A DNA stretch of 64,000 nt from Corallochytrium limacisporum Hawaii (taxonomy: Eukaryota > Protista > Pluriformea): the NCBI GenBank assembly GCA_002811645.1, contig PDIP01000030.1, positions 152,383 to 216,382 of the forward strand. The letters run 5' to 3'. The translations under genes and the position numbers were made by a program. How positions within the stretch are numbered: position 1 is the first letter of the stretch; each line of letters begins with the position of its first letter. Under the pieces are notes generated by a model. That model was not told the DNA's origin. It saw only the letters and a list, made by a program, of their open reading frames with translations, and searched no databases. Below, piece after piece: positions 55,009-64,000 of the stretch.

Positions 55009-55866
55009 TCAAATCAATTTCCATTCCGAAATCCCGGCCAACCAGTTCAAAGTGAATGTTCGAGCCTGAGCAATCAGATTCACTGCAGCCATTTGTTCCC
55101 GTGTTAGTTCACCGAAGCCCTGATCTCTAATCAAGAAGTCACCGCTGTCGCTGACGCCGTCAATTTCACCATCGGCGTGGGCCTGCCTGGCCACCTGCTG
55201 GATGACGTTCCAAATGTCGTCACGTTCCTCTTCGGATTTCTCCATCAGCGCCTCCATATATGTCCGCCAGTGCCATAAGTGGGCCTCTCGGGTCGCTCGG
55301 ATGACTTGGTCTGTATTGCGCACTTCCAGGGCCTCGTTGATGAAGTTTTCAATGGATACAGGGTGGTTGGGTACAATACCAGTCAACTTAAATGACATGG
55401 TCGCATCGAATCCTTGCAAAAAGTCTGGCATTGTTTGGTGCAGGCTGAGCACCCAAAGCAGTGTGCCAAGGGACTCCCAGTAGTGCTGCAGCTGCAGCAA
55501 GCGTTTCTCCCGCCACTTACCCAGTTTTTTATCTAAAAGAGCCTTCTCCTTGACCGTAAAGTTGGTCTTGAGCATCTCAACGGCTTTACGAACGCCCGCG
55601 TCTCCCTCCAAATGTCTGCTCTGGGTCATACCCTCGTTTTGCTTGACGGCCGCTTCTAAACCCCAGCGACTCAGTATGGTATGACAGCATGCTGCTCGGA
55701 CCGCAATTTCCTTGGTAGATTTGAGTTTCTCCCAAGTCAGAGTTTCATAGGCCCCGGCAGGATCTGTAAGGAGCGCAGAATCCAATTCTTTAGGTGGCGG
55801 TGCAGAACTATAGAACCGAGGCCGACGCACTGTCCATGGCCGCACCGAACGAAAGGCCCTGAGCAT
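55009..55866 (-). CDS. DUF4272-like protein with mitochondrial presequence
   Basis: MLRAFRSVRPWTVRRPRFYSS leader. WESLGTLLWVL, LWHWR and ARTFTLNWL resemble recalled DUF4272 motifs. Confidence 0.65.
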   Translation of the reverse strand: MLRAFRSVRPWTVRRPRFYSSAPPPKELDSALLTDPAGAYETLTWEKLKSTKEIAVRAACCHTILSRWGLEAAVKQNEGMTQSRHLEGDAGVRKAVEMLKTNFTVKEKALLDKKLGKWREKRLLQLQHYWESLGTLLWVLSLHQTMPDFLQGFDATMSFKLTGIVPNHPVSIENFINEALEVRNTDQVIRATREAHLWHWRTYMEALMEKSEEERDDIWNVIQQVARQAHADGEIDGVSDSGDFLIRDQGFGELTREQMAAVNLIAQARTFTLNWLAGISEWKLI

Positions 55867-58800
55867 TGTTGCTCTGCGTTTCTTTAAAGCTAGCGGCTAC
55901 GTTTTGCTATCATGAACGGATCACCTAACTGCGGAAGCTACTACATTAAAATAGCCTTGTGCACATTTTCCACTGACGTCTGCGTGGGTCCCAGATTCGC
56001 CAGGCTCCCGGCCACCTCCCACCGCTCGGTTCATTTACTATGAGATTTGACCACCTCCTATAGCCAATGGCTTAGGAACGGGCCGAGCGTCAAAATGGAA
56101 CCCAACGCTTTCTAAATCAAAGAAACCAATATATTCAAAGATTCAAACAAATTTAATTGATTACCGCGTCGTGTCTATTTTTGCTCTCATTCTGCCGTCT
56201 GGACGAAGAAGAAAGAGACAGGCAATGCAGTACATTCAATATAGGATCCACCCTTGCGAAAGAAAGTGACCATAAGAAACAGCAGGGAAATGAAAATGAA
56301 ACTTTCATGGCGTCTCCGATACAAAAACAATGAAGCTGCTTACCCAACGAACGCTCTCCGCGAGGCTCGTTATGAGGACAAGAGAAGGAACACCCCCGTC
56401 TCTGACAATGTGCCAGGGGCAAAACTCGTGTTTGCTTGCCGTTGATGATTCCACGGACCCATGCATTCAGCACGCATGGGACTACCTTCATGAACCACTC
56501 TCACAGGAACTGACGTGATAGCGCCCGGCCGCAAAGCACGAATCTCTGCAATTTTTACCCCCCTATCTTTTTTCCAACAGCCGCTCCACCGGATTTGTTG
56601 GGGATGTGTTGTCTTTGTTCTTACGCGCGTCCGTCCACGGGCTCTACAATGAACCGGGAGCGACCGCCAGCGACCGCCTGTTACTATTACTGACTCTGTT
56701 GGGTTCGGTCTCTCACCCCCCCTCTGCGGGTGACGCTCCACGTCTCCCTGGGCATGCTCCCCAGGTACAAACTACGGGCAGCAGGGATGTGACTGTTGTA
56801 TTTTTTTTGTTGCGAAGCGATATGACGGAAGGTATTTCCTGTTCATATGTTTAGTATACAACAACAACATGCCAGGAATGCTTCCGTGGGAGCTTGCCCG
56901 TGGCTAGAGAGGGTTGATGAGAGCACTCATTCGTTCTACTGGTGCCTTTCGTGAAATCACGGCTGGTGTTGAATTTGTTGTTTCACTACTAAAACATAAC
57001 CAACGGGAAGAGACAATTTTCTTCTTGCTGGCAAATCACTCAGCTGTGTCACCGCCGGTCGAAAGAGTGGGGGGGGGGGCGTGTGGAGGAAAGTTTCAGG
57101 CTGCTCCAAGAAAAATTCCATTCGAGCAAATCACGCGGGATGACAGCGGCCGCTCGAAAAGCCATTCGGGAGCACGCACATCTAGCGTCTGGGGGGTTCG
57201 ATGCCGCGGGTTGCGATGGTGAACGACCCAACGGGCCCCCAAAACTAGATTACAAATCAAAATTGCTTTCCCTATGTTTATACTGTAAACTGTAGATCAT
57301 TCTTAGAAAATTGATTGAGACCAGCCGGTCGCGTGTTCACTGGAACGACCAAAACGCACCCAACCCATCCTTGTCTTTTGTCTCACCACTGTTCACCGGC
57401 AGCATCGTGTACAGACTCTTACACTGATAAGTCACAAAGAAGTGGCCATTGGGCATGGTCAAAGGCAACGACAAACATGCTCTGTGTGGGGTGAGTGTAT
57501 TTATGTTCAACGCGGGGTATGCTCTCTGCCCGCTGAGTGGCTCACTTTCATTGACCTCCACAGGCATGTCATACCAACCTGAATCTTCTTTCACCGTTTT
57601 CCGGCCTGCAGATCGTACCAGTTGCTGATGCATGGAACATCGAGCATCCATCAACTCAAGGCAAAGAGATAGTGCTCAGATTGTCATATTTTTATCATGT
57701 CATAAAGGCCTTGTCGCTGTCAATGCGGGCAGAGTCCAAACAGTGGGAGAGTTATCGAGTGTTGCACCATCAACTCGAACATCACGAATTGACAGCAACG
57801 AATAGCCCCATCCCATCAGCATCGGCATTATCACTTGAGCTAGTGGCGCTGGCATGTCCTATGCATCCACAAACCACAGATCACAAAAAGATCCCACTGA
57901 TGTCAATACAGGTCGTAGAACTAGTCACGTATTCAATCTTTCCAGAGTACAAGTTTCCGAAGCAGACTGGACGGTCGTTTTGAAAATCGGGACCGGGCGT
58001 CCAGGCTCTGTACACCTTGTGGCTGGTCCCTCCGTAGAATACTGTTTTGAGGAAAGGACAGTTATGCAGCACCGCGGGGCGCGCTGTTACGTAACTCTAT
58101 TGCTACGACATCCCTGTTGCCTGCTGGATTGCTTCTCGTGGTCGGCGCTGGAGGGTGTTGAGGCACGACAAGCAATACTTTTTCAGTACTTCCACTATAA
58201 AGTATCGGCCCATACTATTTTTTCCTCTAATGACGCCGGCTGGCCCCGTCCTTCCACACATTTCTTGAGAGTCACTACACAACATTACACCAGCTTCCGA
58301 GCAGACAAGCGAACATCGTTGGAAAGTGCCTCCACATAACAGGTATTGACCATACACTCCTGTCCTGTCCCTCGTTACCCCTCCTTTATCCGAATTCCCC
58401 CTCCCCCTTTTTCTTGATTCCTGTAGGAAAGTGATTTGACAAGGTTGTCTTTTTTAATTCGTTTTGTTTCTTTTTTATTTTTTACTGGGCCTTTCTCTCG
58501 TTTCCTTTGGCCCATGGGGAAGCGAGAAGGTATTGGGAGGAGGGAGGAGGGTGTTGTGGGGAGAACAAGACCATTGGATCAAATAAAAAGAAGCAGAAGA
58601 ATTCACCCCTGTACCGCCAACACCAACTTTATTCGTCTTCGCAGAAATTCGTCTCCACCAATGAAATTCTTAGGTTCATTCACTATGCAAATAACGATCA
58701 AAAAGCAGGGACGAATTGGGCAAGCGGGCATCTTGTCCCCCAGTGGGCGGAGTGCACGACACCCACCCACTCGACCAACGCCGTGCAGTGTGTGCATCAA

Positions 58801-59145
58801 CCATCATCGCCGCTGTCATTTGGTTCGAATCTCAAAGAACCAAATTCGGGCCGTGTGGTAGGGTCCCCGGGGCCCCAAGGGGAGGGGTTTCTGATGCCAA
58901 AGAGTTGTCACAAATTGCGAGTTTCTTCGGGCAACAGAACTCGTACATATAACACCGAGGCGGAGACTTCCTTTTGCCGGCGCTGGTAGCAGTCAGCTAT
59001 ACTGAACGCCTCGGAGCGCCAGTTTCGAGAAAAAATTGCAAGATTTCCCCTTTCTTTTTTCTTATTTTGTTTTTCTGAATTCTACACACTCGGAGGGGGG
59101 GGTCGTTTGCTCGGTACAGCCGTGCTTGGGGAGGGAGCCCCCCGG

Positions 59146-59199
59146 NNNNNNNNNNNNNNNNNNNNNNNNNNNNNNNNNNNNNNNNNNNNNNNNNNNNNN
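59146..59199. other. Assembly gap (N-run)
   Basis: Run of N next to G/C-rich sequence. Confidence 0.99.
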
Positions 59200-59282
59200 A
59201 TCGCGCGCGAAAATTGGGCTCCCATTCCTTGACCGTCCAGTACTGAACAAACAAGCCAAAAATGTAACCAGGAAAAAAGGGG

Positions 59283-59284
<2 letters not shown>

Positions 59285-59318
<34 letters not shown>
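59285..59318. repeat. (GA)17 microsatellite
   Basis: Perfect GA dinucleotide run. Confidence 0.95.
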
Positions 59319-59324
<6 letters not shown>

Positions 59325-60531
59325 TGAGGGTAACCTGCGAAATTTCAGGAACAATGAAACCGGCACAGGCCGGGGAGGGGTGGCCGCGCGACAAAGGAGA
59401 TAAAAGGGAAAAAAAGGCAGTCCCCCAAATATTTTAGACACGAAAAAGGAAAAAAGAAAAGGAAAAAGCAATACAACCTTAACAAAGACGAAGGTGCAGG
59501 GAAAGAGGAATGTATTGATGCAACCGCAGAACGCGAGTAAACCAACATATTTTTTCCTCGGCGGAAAATTTCCCATGAAGTGACAAATCATTTCATAGTC
59601 ATTCAGCAATTTCCCCATTGTTATAGCAAACATATGCGATATAAACAAAGGCGTGTTGATACTACGGAAGCGAACTGGCTGTGGAATGCAACTGCGAAAG
59701 ACGGAGAAGGTCGCAAATACCGCACATTTTCCCAGTACAAAATGTATTACGGCCTTTCCCAACGACGCTCCGGAGCCAAATTCTCGGTCGGATCTACGCA
59801 GAAATAGTGATGTCCGCACGCCAAAAGCCAAAATCTATCTACCGTGCTGGTAAGTATTGAATGTACTGAGATTTTGGAACAGAAAAGTTAGAAACCGATC
59901 GGTCTGGATAAGATTCTGTTGCACAGTCGCTACGCAGTGACCGAATCGGATAGGAGGGGGGAAGGGGAGGGCGCAATGCTTCTGTGCAAATTAAACTGCT
60001 AGAAACTGAGAGACTCGCAATTCAAGGTTCAGTACATTTTGTACTAATTCCGACCAAATATTGAGAGCTGGGGGCCTTGAACCCCACTCCACATCCCCAC
60101 CCTTCCTTTCCTTGCGCGCAACAAAAAGCACGACTTCGGCCGGCTCCATCGCCTATAATTTTGGGCCGTTGTCGAGTGGAAATGACTACAGCAAGGCTGT
60201 CTATCCGGGGGCACAACTGTCATTCCCTGTGTGTGGTGTGGGATCCGGCATCATCCTATACAGGTGATATCGTCCGCCTACGCTTTGCCAAGTAGTGTAC
60301 CTGATACCTCAGTGTCGTGTTTCATTTGTGCTGGTATAAGGGAGCCAACGTCTGAACAGGTATTGGAATCCTGCAAGGAGTGAGACATACCGCCTTGTTT
60401 GAACGGTTTTTGGCGAAAACCGACTGTCACATCCAGAGACCTTGACAGTTATTTGAATGCTTGAGCTAGGATTATAACCTATGCGACCCACCTGGTTCTC
60501 ACCGTTTTAGTCAGTACAGATCTATTCAGCC

Positions 60532-62808
60532 ATGGTGCCTAAGGTGAACGCGGAGGCCGTGCTCACCGCCGCAAAGGAGCGTGGCGGGCTGTACATTGCC
60601 CTCATGTCCTTGCACGGTTTGGTACGCTACGACAACATCGAATTGGGAAAGGATGAAGACACGGGAGGTCAAGTACGTTACGTCGTTGACCTTGCCGAGG
60701 CCTTGTCCAAGCAAGAAGGAGTGCGAAAGGTTGATTTATTAACCCGAAAGATCACCGATCCCAGGGTTGATGAGGAATACGGTAAGGAAATCACCGAGAT
60801 TAATGACAAGTTCCGCATTGTGCGCGTTGGTTGTGGCCCTGAAGAGGAGTACATCCGTAAGGAGAAGCTCTGGTCCCACGTCTATGAGTGTGCAGACAAT
60901 GTCATTGGCTTCTTTACCGAACAGAACGACTATCCTGATGTCGTCCATGGTCACTATGCCGATGCTGGTAAGGTCATGGCCTACGTCAGTCGCATCCTTC
61001 ATGTCCCCCTGCTCTTTACAGGCCATTCGCTAGGTTATGAAAAGATTAAGAACTACCGAGAAAAAGATTGGTCGGATGAAGAGATCGAAGAACATTTCAC
61101 CATGGCTGAAAGAATCGAGGGCGAAGAGTTGGCTTTTGAATGCTCCGAGGCTATTGTGTGCAGTACAAATGAAGAAAAGGAGATGCAATGGGCCAACTAC
61201 GACTCGTATGAAATGGAAAAGATTGAGTGCATTCCTCCTGGAGTGGACATCATGAACAGACGGGAAATTGATTTCTCATCCATGGACGAGTGCCCCTTGG
61301 CACAGTCCATCAATCGGCAGCTCAGGTATCCGGACAAGCCGCTCATTGTCTTACTGGCGCGTGCGGACCAGAAGAAGAATGCTATCAGTCTGGTACGTGC
61401 GTATGGCCAGAGCACAATCCTTCAGGAGAAGGCAAATCTGGTTTTGGTCTGCGGTCGCCGAGAGAAGATTGAGGAGCTTAACGACCACGCCAAAGAGGTC
61501 ATGCTGGAGCTCTTCGAGGCCATTGATGACTATGACCTCTACGGCAGCGTTGCTTACCCGAAGACCCACAAATCCGATGAAGTAGCTTGGCTCTACGACT
61601 ATGCGGCGCGGAGCCGAGGTATCTTCGTGAATTGTGCTCTGCACGAGCCGTTCGGATTGACCGTCTTGGAAGCAGCCGTGGCTGGCCTACCCACGGTAGC
61701 TACCAAGGAAGGTGGTCCCAGCGATTCCATGAAGGTGCTGAGGCACGGTGAGTTGGTTGACCCGCTGTCGGTCGATGAGATCAGAGCCGCATGTGAGAAG
61801 CTGATCACTGACACCAAGTACTGGGAGCAATGCAGTGCCAATGGTCGCGACCGCGTCAAGTACTACTCTTGGGACCAACACTGCAAGACGTTCCTGGAGC
61901 TCTGCAATCGCGTCATCGATTCTCTTGATTGGCAGCCTGTGAAAGCTATGAAGCCGGTCGATATCAGAAGCCAACAGCTTGTTGTTACTAACATTGACAG
62001 CATGTTGAATGTGGATGATGAAGCTCTGTCGCAGCTCAAGTCTTTTGTGGATGACAGTCGCGATGCTGTGACGTTTGGTGTGGCCACCGGCCGCAGTATG
62101 GATCTTGCTGTCCCTGTTATGCGTGATCACTCCCTGCCGAAAGCCAAGTTCCTCATTACGGATGTCGGCACCAGAATTCACATTGACGAGGATGAAATCG
62201 AGGGATGGAAGGAGATCATGAGCTGGAAGTGGGATCGTGAGGCCGTCTTGGACTTCATGGACTCCATTGAAGGGGTGGCACTGCAACCGCGCTCGGTACA
62301 GTCTGAGTTCAAGTTAAGCTACTTCACGTCAGCGAAAGCCCCTCCCAAGCCGGAACTCCTCAGCATGATGCGCAGTCGTGGTATCCATGTCAATGTAATT
62401 CTGAGTGCGTCCAAGTACATGGACATTGTACCGCTGGCGGCGTCAAAGGGGTTTGCCATTCGTCATATTGCCATGCGAGCTGGCCTGCCCTTCAATCAGA
62501 TCCTAGCTGCCGGAAATTCCGGCAACGATGCGGATATGGTCCGTGGTAGCGTTCTTGGTGTGGTCGTGGGCAACCATCTACCCGAACTTGATGCTCTGCA
62601 GGGTGCCAAGGATGTCTACTTTGCTGGTGAGCCTCTCGCATGGGGTGTATTGGAAGGCATCAACTACTACATGGACCACAAGAAGATTCAACATGTGGGA
62701 ACTCCACGCCAGCGGCCAGCACGCAAGGCTCTTCCGGAAGATCGCAAAGCGGCCAAGCGCACAGTTGGGCGATACCGTGCATTCGATCGGAATGCACATC
62801 TTTACTGA
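60532..62808 (+). CDS. Bacterial-type sucrose-phosphate synthase (GT4) fused to an SPP-like HAD-IIB domain
   Basis: GLYIALMSLHGLVR...ELGKDEDTGGQVRYVV, HGHYADAG, FTGHSLG, LARADQKKN, LYGSVAYPKTH, ALHEPFGLTVLEAA. C-terminal HAD domain with GVATGR, DIVPLAASKG and GNSGND. Confidence 0.92.
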   Translation: MVPKVNAEAVLTAAKERGGLYIALMSLHGLVRYDNIELGKDEDTGGQVRYVVDLAEALSKQEGVRKVDLLTRKITDPRVDEEYGKEITEINDKFRIVRVGCGPEEEYIRKEKLWSHVYECADNVIGFFTEQNDYPDVVHGHYADAGKVMAYVSRILHVPLLFTGHSLGYEKIKNYREKDWSDEEIEEHFTMAERIEGEELAFECSEAIVCSTNEEKEMQWANYDSYEMEKIECIPPGVDIMNRREIDFSSMDECPLAQSINRQLRYPDKPLIVLLARADQKKNAISLVRAYGQSTILQEKANLVLVCGRREKIEELNDHAKEVMLELFEAIDDYDLYGSVAYPKTHKSDEVAWLYDYAARSRGIFVNCALHEPFGLTVLEAAVAGLPTVATKEGGPSDSMKVLRHGELVDPLSVDEIRAACEKLITDTKYWEQCSANGRDRVKYYSWDQHCKTFLELCNRVIDSLDWQPVKAMKPVDIRSQQLVVTNIDSMLNVDDEALSQLKSFVDDSRDAVTFGVATGRSMDLAVPVMRDHSLPKAKFLITDVGTRIHIDEDEIEGWKEIMSWKWDREAVLDFMDSIEGVALQPRSVQSEFKLSYFTSAKAPPKPELLSMMRSRGIHVNVILSASKYMDIVPLAASKGFAIRHIAMRAGLPFNQILAAGNSGNDADMVRGSVLGVVVGNHLPELDALQGAKDVYFAGEPLAWGVLEGINYYMDHKKIQHVGTPRQRPARKALPEDRKAAKRTVGRYRAFDRNAHLY

Positions 62809-63616
62809 CAATTACAGCAACCGGTGCTGCAGACTGCCTACTCGGCTGAAGACCTGCGCAGGGCTGTCTCCCATCGCGTGATGGGGCGTGGTCTGCCGAG
62901 GAGTACGGAATCAATCATCGCATAGACGAGTCAAAACCTGCAGTACCGGGACCTGACAGGGTCAGCTTGCACGGTGCACATCTTCGGTGATGTGCCTGAA
63001 TGATGCACTACGTGCTGATCGAGTGCTGGTTGTCCTTCTATTGTCATCAGCTTATGCCTTTGTGAACATACTTAAGTTGTTATCAGTTTTGTTTAAACCC
63101 TTAACCCATCTAGTTCTGCTTCCAACCTAATACTCATTGTATCACACAAAATCAGCAAAAGAAATAAATTGTATGAGGCTCGATTGGGGACTCTAGTTGT
63201 TGTGTGTCACTTTAGCACACTCACCGTCGATCCAGCAACCTTGCCGCCATTGGTTCTGCCATTGTGAAGTGAATAGGGAAAGCGGTGGGGGAAACCCCCG
63301 ACGGGAGAAAAAATTCCGATCACGGCTAAGTCTGATCTTGTGGTGTATTTGGCTTGGGTGACATACCCATACTTGGCCCACAGGTCCTCCGAAATCCAGG
63401 CCGTGTGTCAGAACACGTACTCACTGGCTGGGAGTCCGTACGGAACAATTGGTTACGAAGTGCGCAATGCATAGGTCGGTATCACGTCTTTCCTGTACGA
63501 GTGACAAACGGGACACACCGGCCTATTTGAGGCTATTCCATGTTCCGGAGCAGTCAATGTGGACTGGGCTTGAAAAGATTAGCAGCATGCTGTGAAACAA
63601 GCGATACAGTAGCAAG

Positions 63617-64000
63617 ATGGGGGCATGTGTCACAATCACTTTCACCGTTCTCTTCGGATTCTTGGCCTTGATCCTTGGAATTTTGGTACCACACCAGCTG
63701 GATCGTACAATAATGGGATATGAGCCATATAACATTGATAAATGTAAACAAGTTGCTGATGGCGCCTATGGATCGGAAGACTTACAATTTATTCCTCCGA
63801 GCGTTGACGAGTACAACGCTCCCCGAGAAGTTGCCATTCTTTCAAGCGACAATCGTATCGCCTATTTTACTCCGGGTGAACCCCCAAAGTACCACTTGGT
63901 TGGGCTGGGTAATCTCTTCTCATACGATATTCGCACGGGTGAGACCAAGAAGATCAGAATGACCGGCATTGATCTCAACAGCTATCCGTTCCATCCTCAT
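63617..64000 (+). CDS. Paraoxonase/arylesterase (PON-like beta-propeller), 3' truncated by window end
   Basis: Manual translation: signal anchor MGACVTITFTVLFGFLALILGILVP, then DKCKQVADGAYGSEDL (cf. PON1 NCNLVKGIETGSEDL) and SYPFHPH (cf. FNPHG). Open to the window end. Confidence 0.8.
   Translation, partial: MGACVTITFTVLFGFLALILGILVPHQLDRTIMGYEPYNIDKCKQVADGAYGSEDLQFIPPSVDEYNAPREVAILSSDNRIAYFTPGEPPKYHLVGLGNLFSYDIRTGETKKIRMTGIDLNSYPFHPH

Noticed and set aside
58822-58831. GGTTCGAATC, a tRNA T-loop/B-box-like sequence
   Set aside because: No T-stem, acceptor stem or cloverleaf can be built around it.
62926-63070. Possible SECIS that would make the SPS TGA a selenocysteine codon
   Set aside because: An ATGA is present, but I found no apical AA or correctly spaced GA quartet, and SPS is not a known selenoprotein.
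1-64000. Prokaryotic origin, CRISPR arrays, rRNA, snRNA or intact transposons
   Set aside because: Gene content is eukaryotic (Mediator, SUMO E2, HDAC8, SSU processome). I saw no spaced direct repeats, rRNA or snRNA signatures, transposases or terminal repeats by eye.

Overview
Gene-dense, almost intron-free eukaryotic nuclear scaffold with two N-gaps. HDAC8, AGTRAP and a DHX36 with an animal-like RSM motif point to a unicellular holozoan or other opisthokont. This fits an intron-poor lineage such as Corallochytrium, but the species is inference only. About 25 intact genes with essentially uninterrupted ORFs: AIM24-like, amidohydrolase, a divergent tandem-RNase III (Dicer/Drosha-like) protein, MFS transporter, BUD23, BtuF-like B12/Fe-binding protein, SCAF4/Nrd1-like, IWR1, mitochondrial DnaJ, HDAC8, DHX36, UTP15, AATF, two TPR proteins, DCP2, MED7, MPPED-like, UBC9, PGS1, MRS2, AGTRAP, DUF4272, a bacterial-type sucrose-phosphate synthase/phosphatase fusion, and a paraoxonase-like gene cut by the window end and missing from the ORF track. 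Main points of interest: (1) the only two recognisable flagellar genes, IFT27 and LRRC23, are both broken while their neighbours are intact, suggesting flagellum loss in progress; (2) the SPS has a catalytically dead phosphatase domain and a TGA-CAA-TTA leaky-stop context followed by a 38-codon open extension; (3) the RNase III protein has one dead nuclease domain and a mitochondrial-presequence-like N-terminus; (4) gene orientation alternates almost strictly, with G-quadruplex-like tracts in many spacers and candidate ultra-short 5' introns. All family calls come from recalled motifs, not database searches.
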